24,000 nt of DNA from contig JAEORX010000017.1 in assembly GCA_016840685.1 (NCBI GenBank), positions 7,387 to 31,386 on the forward strand, written 5' to 3'. The notes beneath the pieces were generated by a model that was not told the DNA's origin, did no database searches, and saw only the letters and a program-made list of their open reading frames with translations. Positions 7,496-16,477 of the stretch are shown here, one piece after another (position 1 is the first letter of the stretch; every line of letters begins with the position of its first letter). A program made the translations under genes and the position numbers. Source of the stretch: Candidatus Thorarchaeota archaeon. Lineage in GTDB: Archaea > Asgardarchaeota > Thorarchaeia > Thorarchaeales > Thorarchaeaceae.

Positions 7496-9256
7496 ATGAG
7501 TTTAGATAGAGACAAACTTGGAGAGCTTTATGGAAAGGTGGGTGTGGGAGACCAGACCTCACTTGGGATAATGGGAAACAACCGTGACATCAGTGTTGGA
7601 GAGATATTCATGATTTATTCACATCGTGATGGTCATGAAAGAGTATTCTTCTTCAGAGTACTCGGTCTGGAGAACTATCTCAGACAAGTTGATGATCTCT
7701 CTAGGGTGGCTGGGACTCTCATGGTTGAGGGAGATGCCTACCTCTCAGGAATCGAACGGAATATGCTTCTCTCTGTTGGTGGTCGAATGCTCGGTTATGC
7801 AGAAGAGAAGGATGGGAAGTGGGTCTTTCATTCTCCAAGACGACTCCCTGACCATCTAGCATCGGTGTACCGTCCTAAACCTGGTACATCTGATGAGTTT
7901 GTCAGAACCGTCTTGGAGAGCCAGACTGATGGCGAAGTCTATGTGGGGGACCTCCAGATCGGAGAAAACACACTAGATGTTCCAATCAAGATTCCAGCGG
8001 AATATCTGCCTATGCATGTCGGAATCTTTGGGTCCACTGGCGCAGGAAAAAGCAATCTAATGATGGTGCTGATTAAGTCAGTCATTGACAATAATCTGAA
8101 TGCATTCAGAAACCCTAAACAGGGGTTGCAACGAATTTCTGCATTCTGCATTGATCCTCACGATGAATTTGCTAATGGAGTTGACAAGTATGGTATTCGC
8201 CATGTGGTTGAGGAGATGAGCCCTGCCACTAGGTCTGAGGTCATCGGTGATTTCTACTATCTAACAACTCATAAACGGGCAACAACAAGGGAGATTCGGG
8301 CCTATGCTCGTGAGATTCGAATTCTCTGGTCTGAGATCCAGCCGAGAGACCTGTACTCAATAAGGGACTTCACCCCAGAGATGTCATCCTTCATTGATGC
8401 ACAGTATTTCTCAAACAAAGAGAATTGGATAGAAACAATCATCAACATGGAGGAGGATGAGGCTGGAGTACCAGCAGGTACTCTGAGAGCTGTAAAACGA
8501 AGGCTTAGCTTTCTTGACAGGTCGCCAATCTTCGTCGAAAAAGGGACCTCTATCTTGAGTGATATCTTCTTTGCCATGGAAACTGGAAGAATTCTTGTTG
8601 TCAATACAAGCTTGATGAGTGATATGGAGCAGTTTCTCCTAACTACAATTGTAACACGAACATTGTCCGATATGAGGCGAGCTCTCAAGAGTAGCGGCAA
8701 TCTGGGTGATTTTGAGAATCAGGGTCAAATGCGTCTGCCAAACCCCTTCTTTGAAAATGTCAGGATGAAAGCCCGAAGCTTCTATGGTCTTGGAGGCGTG
8801 AAGGATGACACTCCTGTTCAGGACCCACGAAAGTTACCAGTGATTCAGGTGACTGTTGAGGAGGCTCCATCTATTCTCAATCCAGAACTGATGCGAGGTC
8901 AATCAGTCTTCAAGGACATCTCACGACAAGGTCGGAAATTCAATATTGGCTTACTCGTCGTTAGTCAACAAGTCAGTGTGCTTGATAATGTCATCCTCAG
9001 TCAAATGAACACCGAGATCAACCTCAGACTCGGAAATGAGCGGGAGATTAGATCCTGCATTGAAAATGCTAGTGTGAATATCTTCGGTTTTGAGAACGAG
9101 TTTCGTGTGATGTCTCGAGGAGAAGCAATTGTGACTCAGTCCTATAGAGAACTGCCATTGCCTGTGAGGATTCCTCTATTCGATGATATATTTAGTAGGG
9201 ACCGTGACAGATACAAGGACAAAGGCTCCAAGAAAAAAGAGGAACACATTCTCTGA
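7496..9256 (+). CDS. herA: HerA hexameric DNA helicase/translocase (FtsK-HerA superfamily ATPase)
   Basis: Walker A GIFGSTGAGKSN. Walker-B-like VIQVTVEEAPSIL. GRKFNIGLLVVSQQVS segment typical of HerA. GGTGAGG SD-like element lies 8 nt upstream. The gene is 15 nt downstream of nurA. Confidence 0.9.
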   Translation: MSLDRDKLGELYGKVGVGDQTSLGIMGNNRDISVGEIFMIYSHRDGHERVFFFRVLGLENYLRQVDDLSRVAGTLMVEGDAYLSGIERNMLLSVGGRMLGYAEEKDGKWVFHSPRRLPDHLASVYRPKPGTSDEFVRTVLESQTDGEVYVGDLQIGENTLDVPIKIPAEYLPMHVGIFGSTGAGKSNLMMVLIKSVIDNNLNAFRNPKQGLQRISAFCIDPHDEFANGVDKYGIRHVVEEMSPATRSEVIGDFYYLTTHKRATTREIRAYAREIRILWSEIQPRDLYSIRDFTPEMSSFIDAQYFSNKENWIETIINMEEDEAGVPAGTLRAVKRRLSFLDRSPIFVEKGTSILSDIFFAMETGRILVVNTSLMSDMEQFLLTTIVTRTLSDMRRALKSSGNLGDFENQGQMRLPNPFFENVRMKARSFYGLGGVKDDTPVQDPRKLPVIQVTVEEAPSILNPELMRGQSVFKDISRQGRKFNIGLLVVSQQVSVLDNVILSQMNTEINLRLGNEREIRSCIENASVNIFGFENEFRVMSRGEAIVTQSYRELPLPVRIPLFDDIFSRDRDRYKDKGSKKKEEHIL

Positions 9257-9269
9257 GGAAGAACAGACT

Positions 9270-10577
9270 ATGGTAAGAATCGCTCACCTTTCTGATACCC
9301 ATCTTGGCACAAGACCAAGGGATGGTGTCCGCCCGAATGTCTGGGGAGAGGAGATGCGGTCTCAACTTCTTGAGAACGATTTCTATGAGCGGTTCCGAGA
9401 GATCTTCAAAGAGATTGCAGAGCTAAATCCCCCTGCGGACTTGGTTGTTCACTCAGGTGACCTATACAACTCTCCTTGGGAAGGAAATCCCTCACAGCCT
9501 CCAGTTGTTGCTCAAGAGACCGCCATCACTGTTCTTCAGGACTTCATTGAGAGGACTGGAATCCCTGTCTTAGTAATCGAGGGTAACCATGGTCTCTACA
9601 GATTACTAGAGGTTTCGCTCCTTGATAGTCTGAAGTTGGCAGTCCCGGGACTCGATGTTGCAACACAGCAAGATCTGAAGCAAGCTGTCAGAGATGGGGA
9701 ACCACTTGTCCGCTCCTATGAGCAGTTGGATGTCTATTGTTTTCCCTTCATGGACTATGCTGTGTTAAAGTCAGCAGATATGATAACAAGCTTCGATGAT
9801 TGGATTACCACACATCAGACCCGTGTTCGGTCAAGACCATCAATAGCAGTTGCTCATGGGATGGAGATTGACCAGACACTCTACAAGAGTATCTTTTCAA
9901 TGGACTATGACTACATTGCGCTTGGGCATGACCATCATCAGCATATGCATTCTAAACGAGCATGGTACGCAGGAGCTCCTGAGAGATGGAGATTTGATGA
10001 GGGCCGTCATGAGAAAGGGTTCCTCGTCATAGACATTGAGACCGGGTCAGAACCAGTGGTCACACCACACATTCTTGAATATGACCGGTCCTTCATCAAT
10101 GAGAAGGTGACCATAGCAGTCGATGATACAGTTGAATCAATCTCAGACAGGGTCTTCGTCCTGTTTGACAAAAAAGGAGTAAGAACATCCTGGGATCCAA
10201 AGACCGCAGCGCGAATTCGCCTTGTGTTCGAAGGCAAGGCAACACGGGTGAGTTCGTTTGATCTTGGAATGGCTCTTGAGTCTCTAAGGATGAAGGTTCT
10301 CGGGAAAGACTCCGAATACAACGTTACACAGTTTGTCTGGCTTGTTCGTCAATCTATTGATGAAGAGTTTGCTGCAGCCTCATATCCTGAGATAGAGTCA
10401 GAGTACCTCATTCAAGACCCTGAGGAAGACTTTCATGCCTATCTAGAAACACTAGAGATTGACAAGAGCCTAGACACGGATATTCTGACCAAAATTGCTG
10501 TACGGTCTCTTGAACATGCTGTAGGAAAGAAAGAGGGTCGATTAAACATAGACTCAATCATGGAGGATGAACAGTGA
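9270..10577 (+). CDS. mre11: Mre11 nuclease (calcineurin-like phosphoesterase)
   Basis: All five phosphoesterase motifs are present: HLSDTHLG, HSGDLYN, EGNHG, VAHGME, LGHDHH. ATG 9270 is chosen because the protein then begins MVRIAHLSDTHLG. The track's 9183 start would overlap herA by 74 nt. Confidence 0.9.
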   Translation: MVRIAHLSDTHLGTRPRDGVRPNVWGEEMRSQLLENDFYERFREIFKEIAELNPPADLVVHSGDLYNSPWEGNPSQPPVVAQETAITVLQDFIERTGIPVLVIEGNHGLYRLLEVSLLDSLKLAVPGLDVATQQDLKQAVRDGEPLVRSYEQLDVYCFPFMDYAVLKSADMITSFDDWITTHQTRVRSRPSIAVAHGMEIDQTLYKSIFSMDYDYIALGHDHHQHMHSKRAWYAGAPERWRFDEGRHEKGFLVIDIETGSEPVVTPHILEYDRSFINEKVTIAVDDTVESISDRVFVLFDKKGVRTSWDPKTAARIRLVFEGKATRVSSFDLGMALESLRMKVLGKDSEYNVTQFVWLVRQSIDEEFAAASYPEIESEYLIQDPEEDFHAYLETLEIDKSLDTDILTKIAVRSLEHAVGKKEGRLNIDSIMEDEQ

Positions 10578-12652
10578 AAATCCTCCAACTGAAACTCCGT
10601 AGCTTCAAACCCTTTGGCAACCTCATGTTACCGGAGGGGGATGCTGAGCTACCGGATGGACTTGTTCTGATAAGGGGTCCAAATTCAACTGGGAAATCCT
10701 CTCTTTTCGAGGCTATTCTTTGGGGTCTCTGGGGTGCAGAGGCAGTCGACCTTACTAATGACGAGCTCATCAATTTCAGATCCACATCTTGTCAGGTGAT
10801 TCTTACCTTTCAGGTTGCAGGCACTCAATACAAGATAGATCGTTCCTATGACCCAGCCAATGGGATGGCTGTGGTTTTATTCGCAAATCGTGAAGGCTCG
10901 TGGAAACGAATTGCTGACAAGAGTAAGTCTGTCAGTACTAAATTAGACGAAATCCTGAGCCTTGAGCTTAAACAGGCATTAAGCACTCTGCTTGTCCGTC
11001 AAGGAGAGGTTGCAGTCATAGCAAATGCCACGCCCTCGGTACTGAGAGATCTTCTTGTGAAGGTCTATGATATTGATCTTCTTCATCAGATGGCTAGTCA
11101 CCTAGAGAGTTTGGAGAAGGATATTGAATCTAGGGTGAAATCCCTAGAGTCTGACTACACTCGACCAGCGCAGATTGAGAAACAGATTGAAGAGTGTCAA
11201 GATCGGATAAACCGATTTGAGTCTGGATTAACTACAAAGAGAAAGGAGATACGTTCCACTGAAAAAATGCTTCAGGACCTCCCAGATGCTGAAGTCCTTA
11301 GAAAAATCCATCAAGCCAAAGATAATATCGAATCCCTCAAGCGTGAGCTTGAAGTCAAGAGTGAGGGTCTGGAGGCTGATCTCTCACAAGCTGGGGTTGT
11401 AGAAGCTAGTGCAAAGATATTGAATGCTCGCTTGGATGCTCTTGAGAAGGGCAGAAAACGAATAGAGAGCGAGCGAAGAGGAATCAAGGGGAGGGTTCAA
11501 GTCCTTGATCAGGAAATTGGACTGATTATTGGAACAAATCGGGACTTAGATGACAAGATACAGACTCTAACTAATGCAGGTGTTGATGAAGTCATCGAAT
11601 GTCCGACATGTGGCAAACCCCTGACCGCAGCAGACCGAGACCGACTTGTGGCTGATTACAATGCAACCATCAATGATGGAGAAGCCAAAAAAGGCGCATT
11701 AGAGGGTGAGAAAAGACAACTCATGGCAACTTCTGATGATTATGATGATCAGCTCAATAGGATGTCTAAGAGCGAGGATGCAGTTAAAAGAGTAAGTCAG
11801 GGGCAGAAGAAGATTGACCAGACCCGAGAGAAGGTTACGTATGCTGAACAAGAACTCTCCACCCTTCTGAAGGAGAACAATATCCGTAGCTTGGACGCCA
11901 TCCTCAAGAAACTCAATGTGGAGAACCTTCTAGAACTTCAAAAGAAAGTGATACGTCTTGAAGAAGCCTTGAAGGCGCTTCGTAACGAAACATCTGATAC
12001 AGAGGAAAACATTCAGAGAGAGAAGGACACAATCTCAGTGCTTCAGAGTAAAAAATTGGACATGGAGCGGATTGGACTTGAAATTGCAGAGCTTGAGAAA
12101 ATGAATGAACACACAAAATATGTTCGAAGAAAACTCGTAAGTGGATTTGTCACGGACTATGTGTTTCAGAAGCGATTACTTGGTATCATAAGAGGAGCGA
12201 CCAACCCATATGTGCGATCATTCACCAATGGTCAATACACAGCAATCGACCTAGAGCCAACACCCGCAAAGGGTCGTTCGGGTCCAGGACTAATACTCCG
12301 AATCTGGGACGAACGTGATCAGGCTTGGAAGAAGACATCTCAGTTGAGCTTTGGTGACAGGACTGCCATCAGTTTGGGATTGCGGATGGGTATCAGTCGT
12401 ACGATGAGTAGTATTCGTCCACTAAAGGACAGTCCAATTGTGACTCCTCGTGTGCGCTCCGTCCTTCTTGATGAACCTCTCGGGGGTCTGGATAGAGCTA
12501 GACGTGAGGCAGTCGTGAGGAACTTGGTCAACGACCAAAGCTTCGAACAGATTCTTTTGATAACGCATACTGATGTTCAAGGCTGGGAGGGAATTCCTGT
12601 TATCGATGTGTCGAAAACTGGCACCTCCAGCAATGCAACCCTCGAGATGTGA
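10574..12652 (+). CDS. rad50: Rad50 ATPase (short-arm form, 692 aa)
   Basis: GTG start overlaps the mre11 stop (GTGA), with GGAGG upstream. Walker A GPNSTGKSS. Central zinc hook CPTC (11600-11611) at residues 343-346. Long K/E/L heptad-rich arms. Signature region LSFGD (12344-12358). Walker B/D-loop LLDEPLGGLD. H-loop LITHT. Confidence 0.9.
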   Translation: MKILQLKLRSFKPFGNLMLPEGDAELPDGLVLIRGPNSTGKSSLFEAILWGLWGAEAVDLTNDELINFRSTSCQVILTFQVAGTQYKIDRSYDPANGMAVVLFANREGSWKRIADKSKSVSTKLDEILSLELKQALSTLLVRQGEVAVIANATPSVLRDLLVKVYDIDLLHQMASHLESLEKDIESRVKSLESDYTRPAQIEKQIEECQDRINRFESGLTTKRKEIRSTEKMLQDLPDAEVLRKIHQAKDNIESLKRELEVKSEGLEADLSQAGVVEASAKILNARLDALEKGRKRIESERRGIKGRVQVLDQEIGLIIGTNRDLDDKIQTLTNAGVDEVIECPTCGKPLTAADRDRLVADYNATINDGEAKKGALEGEKRQLMATSDDYDDQLNRMSKSEDAVKRVSQGQKKIDQTREKVTYAEQELSTLLKENNIRSLDAILKKLNVENLLELQKKVIRLEEALKALRNETSDTEENIQREKDTISVLQSKKLDMERIGLEIAELEKMNEHTKYVRRKLVSGFVTDYVFQKRLLGIIRGATNPYVRSFTNGQYTAIDLEPTPAKGRSGPGLILRIWDERDQAWKKTSQLSFGDRTAISLGLRMGISRTMSSIRPLKDSPIVTPRVRSVLLDEPLGGLDRARREAVVRNLVNDQSFEQILLITHTDVQGWEGIPVIDVSKTGTSSNATLEM

Positions 12653-12671
12653 CCTGTGTCACACGTTGGAA

Positions 12672-12682
12672 CATATATTAAT
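12672..12682 (+). promoter_or_regulatory. TATA-box-like element for GT-C gene 1
   Basis: CATATATTAAT is centred about 30 nt upstream of ATG 12707, in the 54-nt gap after rad50. The spacing fits a leaderless or very short-leader archaeal transcript. Confidence 0.4.
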
Positions 12683-12706
12683 CAGTGAACTGACATCGAA
12701 GGAACT

Positions 12707-14974
12707 ATGCATGCATCTGAAGACAATCCACGTAGCACTCAACTCGTAATCAATAGAGTTGATAGATGGCTTCTTCGGATGGGATGCAAAGCTGCAAGAT
12801 TTCTGGTTGACTACCGCTACCTCCTATCTGTGCTCGTTATTGGTTTCATTGTCTGGTCGATAGTATTCCACTTTGCCGTCATAGATTATGTCAACACTAA
12901 TATCTGGGCCTACCGGACTGCATGGTTGGGTCCCATTCCAGATCCCGGAACTGTGGAGTTATTTGGCTTTACAATTCCATACCAAGTTGAAGGGTACAGT
13001 GACTATTCCTTCTACTATGTCCATTGGGGATACAACACACTCTATGGAGTGTTGCCCTATTCCCCTGAGTACGGAATCTTGGAGCTCAATGGTTTCACAA
13101 ACGAAAATGGTGCACATATGTTCCCGCCCTTCACCAGCTACCTCTATGGAGTCGGTATCGCTCTCGGAAATCTCATGGGCTGGAAAAACTGGGGCATTGG
13201 ACTACTAATTGCTGCTTTCGGTTATCTCACTGCACTCCCGGTCTATGGAATTGCGAGCGAGCTGTCCTCAAACAGACGGGTTGGTGAGGTGGCTGCGTTG
13301 ACATATCTGTTGAACCCATTGATGCTTTATCACACAGACTTCTTATGGTTCAATCCCGCCCCCTTTGTCTTCTTCTTCTTTCTCGGGTTCTATATGTTGA
13401 TTAGAGGAAAACGACTCACAGGGACTCTTCTGATTGTATCCGCGGCTCTGTTCAAACAGACTGCATGGTTTCTTGGAATACCACTTGTAGTATACCTGCT
13501 TGTGCGACCCAGAGAGAGGAAAAAGAATCCTGATGAGGAACCAGAAGGAACTGAAACATCACAGGGCAACAAAGAGGAGAGTACTCGCTACGCCCGCATG
13601 CGATCTACTTTGCAGCCATTCATTGATTATTTTGACCTCCGGAATTTCATGGTCAGTGTGTTGCTGGTTCTGATTTTTGTTGGAGCAGTCATGCTTCCTT
13701 ATCTGATCGCTCAACCTCATTTCCTAGACTATTGGCGGCTTGCTCTTGGCTCATACTCCTTTGAAGGAAATTTCGTTGATCCTCCACCCTACAACATGCC
13801 AATGAGAATACAGGTCCTAGCTATAATAGCTGGGTTGCCTGGAGTTGCACAGAACCTAGACACGCTCATGCTATCGGGTGGTCCTCTTAGTTTTGGAGTA
13901 ATTGTCTGTACTGGGTTGATGGTGCTCAAGGACAGGTTCATTGGTGAGGAGCACCTCTACCTGCGTCGTATTCTGTTCATGGCGATGATGATGCTATTTA
14001 TTGTGAACATTGTAGGTCCAAGAGGAGTGTTCAAGTACTATTTTGTAGTGTTCGTACCATTCTTCTCGATATTCTCTTCTGCCAGAATGATCCGTGGCAC
14101 AGGAGAGCATGTTCCGTTCTCTGCATCAATGATATGGCTACCAATTACTCTCTCTCTTCTGATTCTAATCCCTGACCGAAACATCTACCTCATATTCGTA
14201 ATCCTCACCCTTGTCGGATATCTACTCGCTCCTGCACTAGACAGACTTTATCACCTTTTGAAAACGCCATTTAGGTTCTTGAAACAGAAGATCACAGAAC
14301 GGACTGGGATCTCCCAAAAGCCCTTGACTGTGAAAGAACACTTGATGGACATATCCAGGAAGCGGCAAATTGTAAACACAGTGACACAAATAGCTCTTCT
14401 TGGACTAGGACTCTCCTTCCTCCTCTTTGGTTGGCAAACAACTCAGATGGCCATTGGAGTTGACATTGTCACGGGATTGGAAGTCATTCTTATTTTCAGT
14501 GCAGCATTTGTAGTGGGTTTCGAGCTCCTGTCCTTAGCTGTTAGTATGGCTCTGTCTGGTGAGATGCGATCGAGATACCTCAACAGATGTCTTCGCGATT
14601 TCTCATACATGATTGCGGCAATAATATGGATATTCGCATTCAGGACCTATTTCTTGAGCTGGTTAGTTACCCAACAGATTGAAAGACAGCTACTTGTCTT
14701 CTCCAGCGTATTCATTTCGATATGGGCTGGGTCTCTCCTACTGAGACAGAGTAACATGACAAGGGTCCTGACCAATGTGATGCTTCTTGCGGGCCTTCTG
14801 ATTGGACTTTCCGTCTGGAATCTCCTTGCCAACGCAACGCTCTTCCTTTTCGGAGGCATAGTCCTCTCAACAGTTGTGATTCATCTCGTACTAATCATCA
14901 TTCACTCGTTTGACAGGGGTGCGGCATTGCAGCAGGATGACGAACAGTCCCTTCTGATTATGGGGGAAACGTAG
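12707..14974 (+). CDS. Polytopic GT-C-fold membrane glycosyltransferase, PIG-M/DUF2029-like, with extra C-terminal multi-TM region
   Basis: More than 12 hydrophobic segments. First-loop acidic motif EGYSDYSFYY. Core LLNPLMLYHT...NPAPFVFF...FKQTA...GPRGVFKYYF parallels PIG-M/PimE-type mannosyltransferases (recalled from memory). It is a paralogue of the next gene. Confidence 0.7.
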   Translation: MHASEDNPRSTQLVINRVDRWLLRMGCKAARFLVDYRYLLSVLVIGFIVWSIVFHFAVIDYVNTNIWAYRTAWLGPIPDPGTVELFGFTIPYQVEGYSDYSFYYVHWGYNTLYGVLPYSPEYGILELNGFTNENGAHMFPPFTSYLYGVGIALGNLMGWKNWGIGLLIAAFGYLTALPVYGIASELSSNRRVGEVAALTYLLNPLMLYHTDFLWFNPAPFVFFFFLGFYMLIRGKRLTGTLLIVSAALFKQTAWFLGIPLVVYLLVRPRERKKNPDEEPEGTETSQGNKEESTRYARMRSTLQPFIDYFDLRNFMVSVLLVLIFVGAVMLPYLIAQPHFLDYWRLALGSYSFEGNFVDPPPYNMPMRIQVLAIIAGLPGVAQNLDTLMLSGGPLSFGVIVCTGLMVLKDRFIGEEHLYLRRILFMAMMMLFIVNIVGPRGVFKYYFVVFVPFFSIFSSARMIRGTGEHVPFSASMIWLPITLSLLILIPDRNIYLIFVILTLVGYLLAPALDRLYHLLKTPFRFLKQKITERTGISQKPLTVKEHLMDISRKRQIVNTVTQIALLGLGLSFLLFGWQTTQMAIGVDIVTGLEVILIFSAAFVVGFELLSLAVSMALSGEMRSRYLNRCLRDFSYMIAAIIWIFAFRTYFLSWLVTQQIERQLLVFSSVFISIWAGSLLLRQSNMTRVLTNVMLLAGLLIGLSVWNLLANATLFLFGGIVLSTVVIHLVLIIIHSFDRGAALQQDDEQSLLIMGET

Positions 14975-14977
14975 GCA

Positions 14978-16477
14978 ATGGTCAGTAGTGATGTTGTATT
15001 GACGACTCAAACGAGTCGGTCATTGCTCTCCCGCTTCAAGACGGTGATTCGTTCGAACCTGATTCTGGTCACTATAGTGAGTGTTGCTGCGGTTGTGTGG
15101 GTACTAGTATTCAATCAGGCTATGTCTGACTTCCTATTAGGAACCAATTGGAATGGTTCTGGGTATATCCCAATCTTCGGCTTTACCGTGCCTGTCGAAT
15201 TCGAAGGCTGGTCTGACTATTCCTATTACTATCTAACATGGGGCAATCGTTTCCTGGAGGGATACAGTCCTTATACAGATGCGTTCAACAATGTGGCACC
15301 CGATCAGTACGTACCCTACTTCTTCCCGCCTCTGTATCTGTATCTGTGTGCCTTGGGAAATTCTCTACCATTTGGTCAATTTGGTATCGCAATCTTGCTA
15401 TGCCTGTTTGGTTACTTCACAGCAGTACCGGTCTATGGAATAGCGAAATATCTTTCGCAGAACAAAAGGGTCGGGGAGATTGCAGTGGCATCCTATCTGC
15501 TCAACCCGCTAGTTCTATATCATACAGTCTATGAATGGTTGAACCCTGCTCCATTCGTTTTCTTCATGCTGCTGTCCTTTTACCTAATGATGAAACGACA
15601 TCGCACTGTGGGAACTCTTGCGATGGTGACAGCTGTGCTGTTCAAGCAAACTGCAGTCTTCATGGCCCTCCCACTCGTTGCCTACCTCTTGAGAATGCCT
15701 CCCTCAAAAGAGCTGGCTGACACAGCATCTGAAACATCAGAAGAATACGAGCTTGTTGTTGGAGATAATCTGGATCTTCGAGGTTTCTTTAAGGTTGGAC
15801 TCATTGTGGTTGTGTACGTCGCCATCATATCTGTTCCATACATCTTTGACATAGAGAACTATGTCTACTATCTCCTGGTGAAACCAGGGATGACTCTTCT
15901 TCGCGACTTAACGACGTTGCCTGAGTCCAATTTTCCAGTCACTTTTGCAGTACCCTTCATAGTGATACATACACCTACGCCAATAATTCAGTTCTTCAAT
16001 CTGGCTACAGCATACTCTATACTTCTTCTCATCAGTATGGTTGTAATATTTATTCCAATGCTCTCTGAGGTCAAGGATGACCGTAACCTTCGAGACTATT
16101 GGCGTCGAATCCTGTTTCTCTCTCTTCTCCTATTACTCGCTGTCCATATCTTCTCACCACGAGGAATCTACAAGTACTACTGTATGGCACTCATTCCATT
16201 CTTTTCCATTGTGAATAGTGAAAGAATGATTGCGCATGGCACAAAGAAACTTCGAGCATCTTTTCCAATGGTCTTGAATCCACTATTAATCACACTAGTA
16301 ATTCTCATTCCAAATCGCTACATCTATCTTGGTTTTCTCGTTCTAGTGTTACTTTCGTACATACTTCATGAGCATTTTGGGATTGTCTATAACGAGTTCA
16401 ACCTGTCCTTCAAATATATCCTACAGAATCTTAGATTTCGATTCTCTTCAATTACCTCGCATTTTTCAGAATCATGA
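14978..16477 (+). CDS. Polytopic GT-C-fold membrane glycosyltransferase, PIG-M/DUF2029-like (tandem paralogue)
   Basis: Starts 3 nt after the upstream stop. It shares blocks with the upstream gene: FGFTVPVEFEGWSDYSYYY, GYFTAVPVYGIA, RVGEIAVASYLLNPLVLYHT, LNPAPFVFF, VGTLAMVTAVLFKQTA, SPRGIYKYY, IPFFSI. Confidence 0.7.
   Translation: MVSSDVVLTTQTSRSLLSRFKTVIRSNLILVTIVSVAAVVWVLVFNQAMSDFLLGTNWNGSGYIPIFGFTVPVEFEGWSDYSYYYLTWGNRFLEGYSPYTDAFNNVAPDQYVPYFFPPLYLYLCALGNSLPFGQFGIAILLCLFGYFTAVPVYGIAKYLSQNKRVGEIAVASYLLNPLVLYHTVYEWLNPAPFVFFMLLSFYLMMKRHRTVGTLAMVTAVLFKQTAVFMALPLVAYLLRMPPSKELADTASETSEEYELVVGDNLDLRGFFKVGLIVVVYVAIISVPYIFDIENYVYYLLVKPGMTLLRDLTTLPESNFPVTFAVPFIVIHTPTPIIQFFNLATAYSILLLISMVVIFIPMLSEVKDDRNLRDYWRRILFLSLLLLLAVHIFSPRGIYKYYCMALIPFFSIVNSERMIAHGTKKLRASFPMVLNPLLITLVILIPNRYIYLGFLVLVLLSYILHEHFGIVYNEFNLSFKYILQNLRFRFSSITSHFSES

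Noticed and set aside
6188-9256. HerA-NurA as a possible anti-phage defence module
   Set aside because: HerA is tightly linked to intact Mre11 and Rad50, and no Sir2, DUF4297 or other effector gene is adjacent. This is the canonical archaeal end-resection set.
9183-9269. Upstream extension of the Mre11 ORF (track start 9183)
   Set aside because: It would overlap the herA 3' end by 74 nt and add a non-homologous N-terminus. ATG 9270 gives the canonical MVRIAHLSDTHLG start and has an SD-like GAGGAAG upstream.
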